The position numbers and the translations under genes were made by a program. Shown here one piece after another: positions 13,821-28,485 of a DNA stretch of 64,000 bases; within the stretch, counting starts at the first letter, position 1; each line of letters starts with the position of its first letter. The notes below the pieces were generated by a model. It saw nothing but the letters and a program-made list of their open reading frames with translations. It was not told the origin of the DNA and made no database searches. The stretch lies in NCBI GenBank assembly GCA_012295275.1, contig CM022671.1, positions 30,566,001 to 30,630,000 of the forward strand, in the 5' to 3' direction. The DNA is from Chrysomallon squamiferum. Its lineage: Eukaryota > Animalia > Mollusca.

Positions 13821-16800
13821 CTTGTTGTAAACAAGTGTTCATTTTTCACAAATTATTTCTTCTTATTTTCTTATGGTTTTTTTACAAATAGATTGATTAA
13901 CCTGTTCCTTTATAACATTCTAAAATTACAAGAATTTTTCATTTACATAAATACAAATTTTCTGTCTACCACTTTCTGAAAGTTATTTTCAGTTCAATTC
14001 TTTTAAGTTTTCTTTTTTCAGTATATTTTTCTGAACAGAAATGTTTTTTCATAATTTGCATTATAATAGATTAATGTATTTTGAAAATGGCAGTTAGAAA
14101 AGTTAAATTAATGTGGATACTATTAAATTTTCGTTAGACAGGAAATGTTAATGTACAAAAGATTTGTTTTTATTACATTTTTTTTGTTTAAATAAATATT
14201 TATGAAATTAACAGTTCTAATTTTCAAGTCTGAAAATAGTGAGGTTGAGAAGTATGTAGTATAACAATATACTTGTAGTTTGTAAGAAATCAGCATGTGT
14301 ACCTTTGCCATATATTTGGTCAGTGCAGCTGTGATATTGACTGTATAGAATACATGTTAATTTTGAAAAAAAAAAAGTAGAAATAAAGAAAAAAAGAAGA
14401 GGAAATTGGAATATAGAGCTTGCAGTCATCTTTTTATTTGACTTTCCTGCTCCATATATTGTTTCTAAAGAGTATTTATGAAAAATTGAGTTCACATTTT
14501 TAGGCAGCGTTGACAGATGTACAAATATTGGCTTACGGTGGTGCTACATATGTTGAGAAGACTAGTGCTGATGATCACACATTCATGTAAATAAGCAAAA
14601 CATGCATTCATTTCTACATTCATTCATCACATAAACCTGTACATTGTAACATAAACAAATTGTAAATAAAGGTCCATTGTCATTATCAGATTAATCCATT
14701 ATTTGCTCTCATTTTATTGATGTATCATTTTAGTGGTGTAATTCATCTTACATTTTTTTTTTTTTTTTTTTTTTTAAGTTGTGCATAACGATACGTGATG
14801 TATAGTTTAATGTTGAAAAGATTAATTAATATTCATTGTACAGTTGACATTGTTACTGTAGCAGTTTTACGTAGAACCTACACACTAGTTAATCTGCAGA
14901 TCTGTAGGACCCTTGTCAAATCTGTTAATGAATGTAGGCACTGCCAGATTTATCATTTTGTGTATGTCTTGGTTATTGCCTGTTCAAGCGTCCCTTGCCC
15001 ACACTTGAGTTTCATGCCTTTTTCTCCCCAGAATAACTCGGATTTCTACCACTGTTTACAGAATGAATACAACATTATAAAACACTTGATTACACATACA
15101 TAATACTGAGTTAACTTTTGAAGAGATAAAGGTACTCCACTTTAGATTTATACAAGTTTGTGAGCATTGTTCATGTTAATTTGCCTCACTGTTAGCTTTT
15201 TTCTTTTCTTTTTTTTTTTTAAAATATTGGATAGGTATACCCTAGCAGTACATTATTTCTCATTATTGTATTAAGAATTAGTTGCAAATGGCAACCTTTG
15301 CTTTTAAAAGTTTGTATTTATATAAATACATATTTTCTCTTTCTGAAAGAAAGCTACCCTGTTTACATTTGTTTTTAATGCAGCATTACCCTTTAGATGT
15401 TACAGTACTGTCACAGCACTAATTGTTTTTTTTTTTTACTTACTCTTTTAAAAGCTGTATTTCATGGAAAATGTGATGCATTCTTGACATCCTTTTTAAC
15501 TCAACATCTTCTGTATTAGCATTTTTTTACTGAAATTCTTCCAAATTTTCATCATCCCCCCCAAAAAAAACAACAACAAAAAAAACATCAAATCAACAGA
15601 ATTCACCAACTTACAGATATTTGATCCAAAATTTTTATTGTTGTTCAATTACCAGTTTGTTTCTAGAATGAAAAAACACTTTGCCATACATTTTATTTGA
15701 TATAACTAAATATGTGGATCAATAGGTAATTTGGAAACTGAAATATTTGAAGTTAAATTCATGTGCAGTTTTAAATTAGCGATTATGTGACCGTGTGTCA
15801 ATTTGAAATGTATTGTTTACTTGTAGGACACAGCTGTTTGTGATCTTAATATAATAATTTAAGGTTTGTCAGGGTTTGAATTTGACTGTTACTGTTTTGA
15901 GAGTTAAATTGCAAATACATAAAGTTAAATTAGGTGTTTTATTCTTTGAAATTTAAGGTTTCCAGCTTGTTAATGAGATAAAAGTTAAGAAATGAAATCC
16001 AGTTATAATCATAATGTTTTTTAAACATTTTTTTTCTCTTAGAGATTCATTGAATTGTTCACATACATTTTTTTCTTCTTCTTTTAAAACGCCATGTAAT
16101 GGTATATTATGCAAGTTGTGTTTTTGTCAGTTCCACAAAATTCTCAAAATAAATAATTTGTTCAATTTTATTATTAATAATAGTATTTAAATACACAATT
16201 TTTATAGTAAAATATTTTCAGATAGATTCATGAAAGAAAGTAAGAAACAGAACAAAAAGGGTGAGGGACATTTCAAGTAGTTGCTCAGATTTTTTAACTA
16301 ATGATTTTTTCTTGAAAAGAAAAGTCAACAAAACATTTTCTTTTTCTTATTTGGTTTTAGCTGATTGATTGAAACTGATTTGCAAACAGGCTTTATTTAA
16401 TTTAATTTTATTTAATTGTATTATTAATATTATTATTTATTTTTATTTTTTTGACCCCCACTGTTCTAAAAGCATTTATTTTATTTTTAAAATCATTTAT
16501 TTGCAAGTTGTAGCAGTTTAACAGTTTCGTGGAGTTTAGACAAGCGTATTTACACATCATTGTTTTTATTTTCAAAGCAACCAATGTTTTCATTGGTTGC
16601 ACTGCCCTTTCAGGCTGCTACTTAAAAAAAAAAAAAAAAATATTAAAAATAAAAAACAAAAAAAAAATAAATAAAATTTGCTTTTTGTTACATATACTTG
16701 TTTGGAGATCTCATTTCACAGAAGGTGATTGCATAATGTTGTTATTCTGTTAATAAAATTAAAATTACAAAATCGTGTTGCCTTCTTGATCTGTCATCTT

Positions 16801-17030
16801 CAAGCAAATATTCATTTCCTCATGTTTCTTTGTAACATAATTAAACAGATAACAGTAGTTATTAAAGCTTTTGTGGAGCCGCTGTGTACAGGCTTGGGTC
16901 CATGTTCAACATATATATATATAAAATATTTAAAAAAAAAAGAAAAAAAAAAGAAGAAAAAAGGGCCATACTGCGCAGTGTTATGCCATAAAACTTGTAA
17001 AATAAAAATAATAACTTCATAAGATGTATT
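13821..17030 (+). other. Probable long 3' UTR of KMT2E with candidate poly(A) signals
   Basis: No credible ORF; U-rich with TGTA motifs. AATAAA at 14665-14670 and at 17001-17006, the latter followed by GT/T-rich sequence. The endpoint is inferred. Confidence 0.45.
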
Positions 17031-17936
17031 TTGTTCTTTTTCCGCATGGTAATGTTTGTTACGTATTCTTTCATACTTTTTATTAAAAAGGAGAAATAAT
17101 TTTTAAAATATTTCAAAACTTTCAAAGATATTTTCGTCATTGTCATTGGAAATGGGTCATACATCTTTTCCTATGTCTGTCTTAATAGAATTAATTTTCA
17201 TCACAGTTGTGTCTCAAATTTAACTTCTTTAAGCAGCTGTTGTCTGATAAAAGTTTTATTCTTCATCTGAATAGAATTTGTGTCCGAAAAAACAACCGTA
17301 AAACAAATCAATAATAAACATAATAATGTAAATTAATCAATATTTCTACAGTTTTGACTCTAAAATATTAAGAAAAAGTTCTAATCCATGGGTTCTTAAT
17401 TTTTTTTGTTGTCTTTTTTTTTTGTTAGGATCCCTTTTTCAGTATATTTGAAGTTTGGCGCCACCTTAAATATTATAGTCGTCTTATAAATACGACAAAT
17501 ACAATGAAATTAAAGCATTTAAATTTTTGAGCTTATGCATTTTCACAGGGCCTCTAGTGTTCACTGCAGCCAACTTCAGAGTAACTATTGAAATATTTTG
17601 GATGAATGGTCGTGTATTGTGTAAAATACATACCATGTAATAGGCAAGAGACAACTCCATTTTAGACTCGTTAATTTGTTAAAGTGGCAATCGGTTGTCT
17701 GTACAATGATATCTTACAAAGTGGATCGACTAATATTTGGGATCCGACATCTACAAACAAAGCTGATTCATTGACATATCCCACCGCTTAATTTGAGTGT
17801 CAGTTATTGTTCTGCAATAACTTCGGTTAGTGGTAAATAATTAAATAAATAATGCTGGAACAGGAAATTGTCGAAATAACGCTCTGTAATGAAGAACGTT
17901 ATACCATTGTCATAATCTATCAACTGAGAACTGTTT

Positions 17937-19105
17937 TCAGACAAAAACAGCTTTTGAACCTGGCAGAGAGAACGGGAGGAGAGCTTTCTTGGGAAAACGA
18001 GTCATGTACATTTCTTGAAAAAGACCTAGATGTTGTTTCTGCTTCTCCAGAGCTTTCATCATCTTTTTTAATTGGTCTGCGTCGTGTATCACCGTGGGTA
18101 TCAAGTAGCGTACTTCAGCTATCAGCCTTTCGCTGGCACTAATGTATTTGGGAATATTTTTTTCCACTTTGTCTAGATATTCGAGTTCTTTGACAGCATA
18201 TCTTGCAACAATATTCATCAACGTGCTCTCGTCGCTTGCAACAGCCTTCACTACTTTATCAGCCCGTTCGACCATGTACATCAGCGGATTGACAGCCGAC
18301 CTTCGTTTCGCTCTCACTTCTAAAGCTTGTGTTACTGGGTCAACGATTTTTGAGGCCAGAAAGTTTGCCATTGAGCCAGCGATTGATTTCTGGCCTGTAT
18401 CAGAAAATCTCCTCAGACTGTGAGAAAGGCCGTGACATGATGATTTTCTGCAAATACTCTGAGCTAAATTGTCTTCGTCGTATAGCGCGTTACATCGTCT
18501 CGAAAAAGACCACGAATTTTTGTCCTCATAGCAATCAGATATTTTTTCGATCTTCACATCAAGCAAGTACAACTGCTTCTTCATTTCATTAGTTACCTGC
18601 TCACTTACTCTGGCGGCGAAATCTGAAGATTCTTCCCACGTGTCTAAAATGTCAAATATTTTCCTCATGATAGCCAGATCCCTTTGCTCGCGGATTTCAT
18701 TCCACGGAACACCAATGCAATCAGCCAGATCGTGAAAGGGAATCTCCTCTTCCCTCCACGTTTGAATTCGCATCCTGGTGTCGCGACTTTGAAGAAATGC
18801 TTTAGTTTTTGCAGTCATTTTGATAGATTCCTCGTTAATTTGAGATCTGATGCCGTTGAGAATTTGAAACGCTCGTGTTCGCAATGCTTCCAGTTTCTTC
18901 TCTGCTACAGTTAACATGTTTTTCTGTTCCTTCTGAATGCTGTTGATTCTGGTTATTATCGTTTTCATGTAGGCTGAACACTCTGCCACAAACTGTCGAA
19001 TCCATCTGATAATAAACGAAATGAAATAGATCGTCTGAAAACTAATATTATTATAGTTTTATAAAAGCCAAAATTAATTTAAAAAAATAATTATTATTTT
19101 TAAAT

Positions 19106-19198
<93 letters not shown>

Positions 19199-19690
19199 CC
19201 TCCCTCCCTCCCTCCCTCTCTCTCTCTCTCTACCATTCATTCATTAGCCAGAAGTTATAAATTCTAAGCCCATCAATAACAAAAAGACGTCTTCTCACCT
19301 GAACTCAGTATCGATGCTGTTGTTCATGGCAGTAACAATCAGATTATTCAATTTGTAAAGCAGGTGACGAAACCTTATTGTTTTGTAATCCTGATCAATA
19401 TCGACCAGAGTTTGTGTGTTTTTGGTGGAAAAGAAAAACACTTGCGAGGGATGAAGACCAGTCCACAAATTACTTAACGTTTTAAGTGTATTGTTCTTCA
19501 CCGTTTCCTTTTCGCTTTCAGGCACTAGATCCCACCTATTGCAAACAAACAAAGCTGTTCCCGGGTTGAAGCTTTCCACACTGGATGCGGCATCAGTTTT
19601 CTTTAACCTCTGAGTATCCAGAATACGCAGTAGCTATTGTTTTGGAAAGAAGAAAATATTTATTTAAAAAGGTCCTTACTTAAATATATT

Positions 19691-19774
<84 letters not shown>

Positions 19775-20316
19775 ATGAATTTGTGATAAATGCATGATGT
19801 TTTATATGAAATTTAAATTTTGTTTTCGAGTGTGGAAGTGTATAAATAATAAACTATTAACAGTACTAATATTTATTATCTTAATTTACCCCATTTTGTG
19901 TAATTCCGCCTAATTGGTCGGTTTTTACCATGTAAATAAAAGCCGCAACATGGTTGGTTGTGATAAACTCTCTAACAAGATTTTCCATTGTCTCATTTTC
20001 ATCGAAGCTTGGCGTATCGATAAGTGTTATGCCGCACTGAAATGAAAAATATTCTTGATTGTATATAATAATAATAATAATATGAATATGAATACAAATG
20101 AATAAATGAATAAACAAAGTCGAATACATAAATAAATACCATTTTGCATTTGGATCTTATCATTTAGAACTTAAGTTAGTTTATCAATAATACTTTTGTA
20201 TGTCGAGTGTTAACAGGTCAGTGGATTAGAGAATAAAACCTATTAACAGGCCATTACATTTTTGTCTTGCACGTATACTGTGACCCCATATCCATTGTGT
20301 ATGTGTTCGAAAGAAA

Positions 20317-20348
<32 letters not shown>

Positions 20349-20786
20349 GTTTGTGGGCACGTATGTTGTTTATATTACTATATACTATATATACCTTCAG
20401 TATGTCTGCTGGTAAATATATATGAACAGCGGTCAAGTTTTGCTTGGTTCTGTCGCGGACGAATATCAGATTTTCAAGGTGTGATTTGGCTTCTCCAAGG
20501 TTTGCATAGCTGTATTCACAACATGAGCCATCTGTTTTATAGACTTTTGCCGAGAAGTGTATAGAAAACTTTATTTTGCATATAGTTGATGTACAGCTGA
20601 GAGTATGAACAGGCAAAATGTTCATTCCTAATACTAGATTTAGAAACATACTTTTTCCAGAACTCGTAGCACCTAGAAGAAAAAAAAGAATTAAAATAAT
20701 ATTATCTACTTAGTTCATTACTAAGACTCACAGTAAGAGAAAGAAAGACACAGAAACAAGAAAAAAAAGAAGATACATATATGCAT

Positions 20787-20838
<52 letters not shown>

Positions 20839-23282
20839 CCGGATGTATAGATGAATCAACAAGTACTACCGGATGGCTACCATGTCCTAAACAAGTGACA
20901 GTGTGTATTTTATCTTTACGTTCGTGCTAAGTTTGTAAATTACCGAGAACAACAATATAATCCTCTCCTGATTTTAGTGACTCCAGTCTGTTCTGAATGC
21001 TTTGACGAATGTCTCTACAAAAACTCCGCGTCTCCAAGATCGCCCGAATTTGATCAGCATCAGATGACATAATGTCACCAACAGACTCGAATACTGGGAT
21101 GAGAGTTTTCCGTTTTCTACCGATCTCTGTCTTGAAAGTCTCACACGTTGCATCGTCCTGTTAAAAAGTGAAACAGAACTGAACGTGAATACTGATTCAG
21201 TGATACACTAATATGTTGGGGTTTCTGGTTTTTTTTTTTTTTTTTTTAATTTGATTTATTTTTTTTTTTTTTTTTTATGTTAATTTGTGTGAAACATTCT
21301 TTTTGCGATAATGAAATGAAAAAGAAAACCGTTTTCCAAAGCTCTGTGAGCTAATGTTACAAAATATGCATCCATTGCATTCATTTCATTCATCCATCCA
21401 TCCTTCCATCGACCCATTCATCCACCCATTAGATTACAGTGTTATAATCAGAGAAGATAAAACGTGCTTCTCAAAATGACTTTGGGGTATATTTTGAGCT
21501 CACTTTCTTTCCGAATTCCCGAATTTGCCTCAACATCATGTTAAAAGCCATTTAAAGTTTGCATAAATTACTACTATATATCTCTGTCTAGACATTTACA
21601 TTTATTAGTCATTTAGAAAAGTAAGTTTTTGACTCATTCGTTAAAGAGCTGACATCCGTCTCAAAATTACGTTTAGTTTAAAAATAATCACACAAGCTGA
21701 ATCACTTCTGTTTTTTTGTCATCCTTGTTTCGTTAAGATGTATAAATGTAAATTTGATATGCCCAACTATAGACTTTAGTTGTTTGTTTTTATAAAATAA
21801 AGCGTAATTTGTTTTCAGTAAATAAATAAATAAATAAATAAATAAATCTGACACAAATTCATTTTTTTTTTTTTTCAAATGGATACTGATATTTTAAAAT
21901 TAAAATATACAGTTCTGTATTATTTTTATTTATTTATTTTGTTTAGGTTGTATAAGGGTTTGTACTACAACACAAATAAGTATTTTCTCCCCTTAGAATA
22001 AATACTATTTCATTACTGACCTATCTAAAGTTACTATCGATCTTTACATTCTGAATAAAATGGCTATTACATTTGAAAATAAGGATTATACCTATAATTC
22101 CTTCATTTTCTTTGCCAAAATATATTGTCAAAATATACTGTGAAAATATATAATGATGTTAAATTCTGAGTTAAGTAAAATTCATACTTAAATTCTTGCA
22201 CCTTCTCAGTATTTTACAATGAAAAGATAAGAAAAAGAAGTTATAAATAAATAAAAAAAAAAAGAAAATATGAATCAGTTGTGTGATCTTTGAACAGATA
22301 ATATTTTTGGTTTACTTTTTTTAATATTAAAAATGCATATATGTAAACACATTTTGTAATCTTTGAAAAAACAAACAACCTAGTTTTCCTTTTATGTATC
22401 TATAATACATTTTCATATATTAAAACAAACAACTTTTTTTGAATGGTCTTTACTAAATTCGAATTAACTAAAATGCATACTATTTTGTTTCTATACTGTA
22501 AGAAAAAAATATATATAAAAACAAAAATCATTTTAAATATTTCAACGGTCTTTACTACATTCTGAATAAATGTAATAACCTTTTATAATTATGATTACAA
22601 ATTCTTAATAAATATAATAAATATTGTTTCTAAAGTGTTTACTCCAATTTCTGAATTTTTTTCAAATTGTGTTATTAAATCTTTAATAAGCTGTTGTACA
22701 TAGCTTTTTTGTATTAAATTCTTAGTAACTAAAATAAATATTGTTTTATAATGTCTTCTCTAATTTCTGAATGAATGAACTGAATTCAGTTTCTACAAAT
22801 GTCGATGTTAAATTCTGAATAAACTATTGTACACTGAATTTCTGTAATAAATTCTTAGTAACTAAAATAAATAATATTTCTAAAGTGTCTACTCCAATTT
22901 CTGAATAAATGAAGTGAATAATTTTTCTGAAATTTTGTTATTAAATTCTGAATATACTGTTGTACGTAACATTTCTGTAATGACTGATACATTCTTAATA
23001 ACTGTAATCTTGTTTCTAAAATGCCTACTCCAGTTTTTAAACAAATGAACTGAATACTGTATCTGAAATGTTGTTTCTGAATTCAGAAGAGACAAAAAGT
23101 AAAATACATACTATTTTTTCAGTGATATTTTCCGAAAGTTTTCTCTTGTGGAGTACAAATCTCTCTCTGCAGTCTTCAAGACTTTTGCAGCCAGCAAGAA
23201 CCACGCCCATCTTCGTAGCCAGACGACACATTTGAAAGACATCGTTAAACTCGGCAATATCTTCAAAACTAATATCATCCAT
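17937..23282 (-). CDS. Gene A: dynamin-like (mitofusin/BDLP-type) GTPase + helical stalk, kinase-less paralog of gene B; 6 exons, ~737 aa
   Basis: Exons 23282-23112, 21157-20944, 20672-20395, 20036-19890, 19633-19299, 19005-17937; GT-AG, phases consistent, 2214 nt. Motifs: G1 GATSSGKS, LPVHTLSCTST (G2), LIDTPS (G3 variant), FVCNRWD (G4). Exon 2 (214 nt) and exon 5 (335 nt) have the same lengths as in gene B. The ORF stops just before the position of the kinase-fold domain in B. Confidence 0.85.
19109..19230. repeat. (CT)n/(CCCT)n microsatellite in gene A intron 5
   Basis: Directly visible. Confidence 0.95.
19693..19770. repeat. (CT)n microsatellite in gene A intron 4
   Basis: Directly visible. 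Confidence 0.95.
20790..20835. repeat. (GA)n microsatellite in gene A intron 2
   Basis: Directly visible. Confidence 0.95.
22590..23085. repeat. Degenerate tandem repeat, ~133 bp period with shorter internal subunits, in gene A intron 1
   Basis: AAATTCTTAGTAACTAAAATAAATA recurs at 22716 and 22849. TTTCTAAAGTGTyTACTCCAATTTCTGAAT and AAATTCTGAATA also recur. Confidence 0.75.
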
Positions 23283-24791
23283 AACTATTTACATCTGTTT
23301 TTTTATATATATTTTTTTTAACCTTACCGATACAAATATGTGAGTTTATATTTTGTGTTATAATATGCTCTATTCAAAATACATGCATATATATTTTGTT
23401 TCGATCAAAAAACACTTCTTAAAAAAGTTCCCCTGATTTCGTGCTTGTTTCTCTAAAAATCTCGTGCCATATGTGTTAAGCTAGCATTAAAGGTATATTT
23501 TTCGAAAATTTCCCTTTGTCATAAACATCTATTTTCTAAAGGTGCGCAATATTTTACCTATCTTTACGTGCTGTTTGGCCCGTCGTAAAGTTTGAAAACC
23601 GAATATTGGTATACTTTCGGAACAAACAGGCTCGATATATAAATCACCCTCTCGTTCATTGCAATGATTACTTCAGAAGATATATATATATATATTTTTT
23701 ATCTCTATCCTGCTTATATTATGATAGAGATTACTTTCAAACTGTTCTCTTCCGTTCCAGCTGGTGAAATTCTTACAATATCGACAGTTAGAGAGTATCA
23801 TGATAATAATGCTAAAAAGTGTACTGATAGAGTAGATCACAGCTGCGGGCGTGAATCGGCTAAAAGCTTATTGTAATGTTAATCGTAAAAAGGTGGGGCC
23901 CGATTTCGTCAGTCATAGGGTGCTGTATTTTTGTAAGTTCACCATACATCACTAGGACTAAAATGACTTTCAGTAACTTGTTAACTGAAAAGAAGAAGCT
24001 AATAAATTGTCACACGATTAGTAAATGAGTCGCCTACATGATAAACGTTAATAAGTCAAATCCGTGGTCTTCAAAACGTTTTTAGACAAGAACAAGAGTG
24101 TTAATCTTCGTCATTTTTTTGTTTTTTTTTTTTCTTATCTTGAGAGGGTTTATAATGAGAATTATACGAGGGATGTATATTTAGTTAAAAGACCCGTGTC
24201 AGTGAGACACGCTAGTTAAAGTCTATATTTGACTTTTGAAATTTGTATTTAAAAAATCTTAAAGAAATAAGGATTAAAAAAAAAAAAATAATAATAAAAA
24301 AAAAAAATAATAATAATAAAAAATAATAAAAATACAAAATGAAATATATAAAATTAATAATAATAATAAAAAATTACTCGCCCCTCAAAAAAAAAAAAAA
24401 AAAAAATTAAGTTTGTAAACGTAATTTTGAGAAAGATGTTTAAACCATGAATCAGAAATCTGCTTTTCTAAAATGGCTAATAAATGTGGTATATTGAGAA
24501 TTACACTAGTAATTTAAATTTATAAACATTACTTGACTTTTGATTCTGATCCTGGGACGAATTCGGAAATTCAAAATAACGGGATGAAAAATGCACTTGT
24601 AAGATGTTACAACTCTCAAAATGTATCCCAGTATTCTGAGAAATTCAGTATTATACTATAGGGCCTATAGATTGAACCTGTAGTTGTTTACGAAATAAAC
24701 TGTAATAACTTAAAGCTGCAGAACAATAACAAAAATATTAATCTTTTTAATTTTCTTTTCTTTCTATCTTTCTTTCTTTCTTGCTCCTTTT

Positions 24792-24827
<36 letters not shown>

Positions 24828-26146
24828 CTTATTCAGGGGAGATTATTGCAGGGGGATGCATATTTAGTTAAAATACAGTATCAGTGATAATATGAAAACG
24901 AAATAAAATAAATAAAAGCACAGGCTGAAAATATGTCAGACGCACAATCTTTTAACTTTTTATTATTTTTATTATTATTTTATTATTAATATTTCTAAAA
25001 TTAAAATAATAAAAAAAAAAATAATAAAAATGTTTAAAAAAAAAACAAAAAAAAACAGCATTAGATTTAAGTAAGAAACTTATGATTTCGGAGAAAATTA
25101 AACCATTATTCAAATACTGAAACTGTCGTTATTATGATTCTGCAGCATAATCATTTACATTACTGCTATTATTATTAATCTTATGCTACCAAATGTTATA
25201 TCTTTCTATGCATGGTTTATGTATATTTCCTTATCTACGATTTATAAACGCATATATGAATATCATTAAGTCTAAACATCATTTAACAGTATCAGCGCGT
25301 TCTTTTCGTTTTATGCGGGGGCATCGAACCGTACTAAGTAACTCATCTTACGTAGTTAAAATACACGTTCTATTTTTACTACATGACATATTTCTGAATC
25401 GAATTCCGCTGTGTCATCTTGAAATCGGAAACTGGTTCAGTCTGATAACATCTTGTTTGATATTAGTATGCAGTATTTGCGAGACTGTTACGCAATAACA
25501 AAGTAACATGTGTATAAAAACTATGAAAGAAGTAGATCAGGAAGAGGACAGACCTTTATTATTCCCCAAAATTAAAGGTTTATTTATATTTATTTAACCG
25601 CCATACGACGGTTAGAAAAACAGAGACAGCCAGATAAATAAAGAGAAAAAGAGGCGCGTTTGTCTCTCTCTCTTTCTTTCTGCGCGCGCGCGCGCGTGTG
25701 TGTGAGAGAGAGAGAGGGGGGGGGAGAGAGATAATGTAATAAAATATTTATGTATACCATAATTCAGATTTAACAGAATGATGAAAATTGCTTATTTTAA
25801 TATGAATTCAGTTGAGGTTTCCATATAATAATTGCTACATTAGTTTGACTTAGTAACTGCTGCGATATTTACCAGGCACCGCGGGCATGATGCAATCAGT
25901 CAAGATTTCATATTGGAAATGTTGCGTGGTCTTTTGTTATTCAGTGTCGTAAACGCTTGCTTTCACTTCTCTGAATAAAAAAGGCAGTTAATGTCTTTTC
26001 AAATAGTTCACCGACCACATATAAGTTTTCAAAAAAAGAGTTACGAATCTGCATAATGATTTCATTGAAGTTGTGTAATATTTTACATAGCTCTGAAGTT
26101 ACGTGATTCGAAATCTGATACTTCAAAGCTTTTAAATCCAGAGTTT

Positions 26147-26272
<126 letters not shown>

Positions 26273-28087
26273 CATAACAATACACAGGTAAATAAAGATA
26301 CAGTCAAATACATTCGGATAACATACAGATGGATAGACAAAATAGACAGACACATGGAGACATAAAGAAAGAAAAGAAAGCAGATTCACTCTACTGTAGA
26401 TATAATAGTAATTTCTTAATTATGTATGTGTTTTTATTAATCCCGACCATTACGAGCGATTATCTCCCTTTACTTTGTAAGTCCTGAAACTTGAATGACT
26501 GTCAAACTCGTCACGTTTTAATGCTGATCTTATCATCCCATGCGCAGATCCTCTGGATTAGCAGCTTCAGATAAACAGAACGAAAGAATACAAATTTATA
26601 TACGTGTGTATGTATGTGCGTGTATAACACACACACACATATATATACGTATATACATATAAACACACACACACATATATATATATATACACATGCAAAC
26701 ATACATACATAAACACACATAAATGTATATGTGTTTACCTATGTGTGTGTGTATATGTACATACATACATGTACACATATATACAGAGAGATATTTCGTT
26801 TTGTACCAGTTGGTTATAATTTACATTCTCGTGTCTGTTGAATCATTGTACCGAATATCAAATATGTCGTCTGTAAAAGCACAGCAAACTTCCTCTTTGA
26901 GTGTCTACATATTCCACTAATTAGCTTAGCTTATCTTCTCGCCTCTTGGACAAGAAATAATTCTTTCGTTATGCAAATTCTTAACACCACCGAAAATAAA
27001 TACTGAAGAAAAAAATAAAAAAAAAATAAAAAAATAAAAAAATACCAGAAGGAAAACGAAATGGAGAAACAACGTGATTGAAACCGCATGTATAAGTAAT
27101 GTATCATGTAAAATGCCCGTTCTGGACGCGTGGCTCTTAAATACAGGTGGCACTTATAACGTATGTAGTGCTGTGCACGGTATCAAAGTCATTATATGCA
27201 ATAGTTTAGTTGTTTGCTTGTTTATTTGTTTGATTTTTTGTTTATTTGTTTATTTTTATTATTTGTTTGTTTGTTTATTATATTGTTTAATATTGAAATA
27301 TTCTCAGTTTTTTTTTAGACTACGAAGTTTGTCCTAATAACGTTACATTTTAGTGGAGATACTAAAATGAGGACTGAATCTGTGATCCTGCTGAGAAAGG
27401 AATAACATATTTGAGCTAAGGGTATCGTCCCAAAAGCACGAAAAAAAAAAAAAAAAAAAAAAAAGAACAAAAGAAAGAAAAAGAAATAAAAGAAGAAGAA
27501 AAAAAGAAGAAGACAAAAACCAAAAACAAACGACAAAAACGCCAATGTAAATTATAATATTTAGGGCTGATGATTTGTCGTTATTATATTTATGACATTC
27601 AACACTGCGACATTTGTCGTCAAAATGGATAATTTTCAGTGTTACGACCTCTGTGTCCTCTACACGCGTGCTATGTTACGGTGAATCCCCGGGGGAAAAC
27701 CGTACGTCATTCAAGCTGATGTAATGAGGAAGAGGCCTATCATGTTCTGTGATGTTTTTGTACCTTTCGTCGCGTAGGACGGTTTTCATCCCATTGAATT
27801 ATCAGTCATTATTTATGATCAGCTGCACAACGATGCAGTAATCTAACTCCAGAGTCGTTTCGCTTGGTTGATTTACCTTTAGGACAGTAGAAATTAGTGA
27901 AAAAGTTGCGAAAACAACCTGATATATATATATATATATATATTTAGAACCATCTGAAAGCTCTTTCTTTATGAAACTTCCAAACCTAATTTGTGTGATT
28001 TAAAATTCGTCGAATTTTCAGACTTATAGCTGTACAGGTATCTTCTCGTGTGATCAACAAAAACTATATATTGTTGTTTGAAAACAA

Positions 28088-28090
<3 letters not shown>

Positions 28091-28125
<35 letters not shown>

Positions 28126-28409
28126 CCGGAAAAAGTGAACTAAAGCAAAGTAAAATAAAGGTGGTTTTTGGGTGGTTTTGGTGGGTTTTTTCAATAATAA
28201 ATACAAATTAATACACGTCTAAAGAAAAGTCTGTTTGATCTTTATTAATTCACTTAAAATTCTTACAATGACTGCATAGACTACAACATAATTCACTAGC
28301 AAGTTGCATTTTAGCTGTTATTTTATACGTGATAAAAAAATGAAAATGAGAGTAAACTAAAACAATAACTTATTGTGAAAGGATCTCCTATATACAGCAA
28401 CACTCTCAG

Positions 28410-28482
<73 letters not shown>
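28091..28482. repeat. (CA)n at 28091-28124 and (GA)n at 28414-28482
   Basis: Directly visible. Confidence 0.9.

Positions 28483-28485
<3 letters not shown>

Noticed and set aside
17500-17936. Possible frameshifted kinase remnant after the gene A stop
   Set aside because: Reading the minus-strand frames immediately after the stop shows early stops and no VxxK, HxD or xPE-like motifs.
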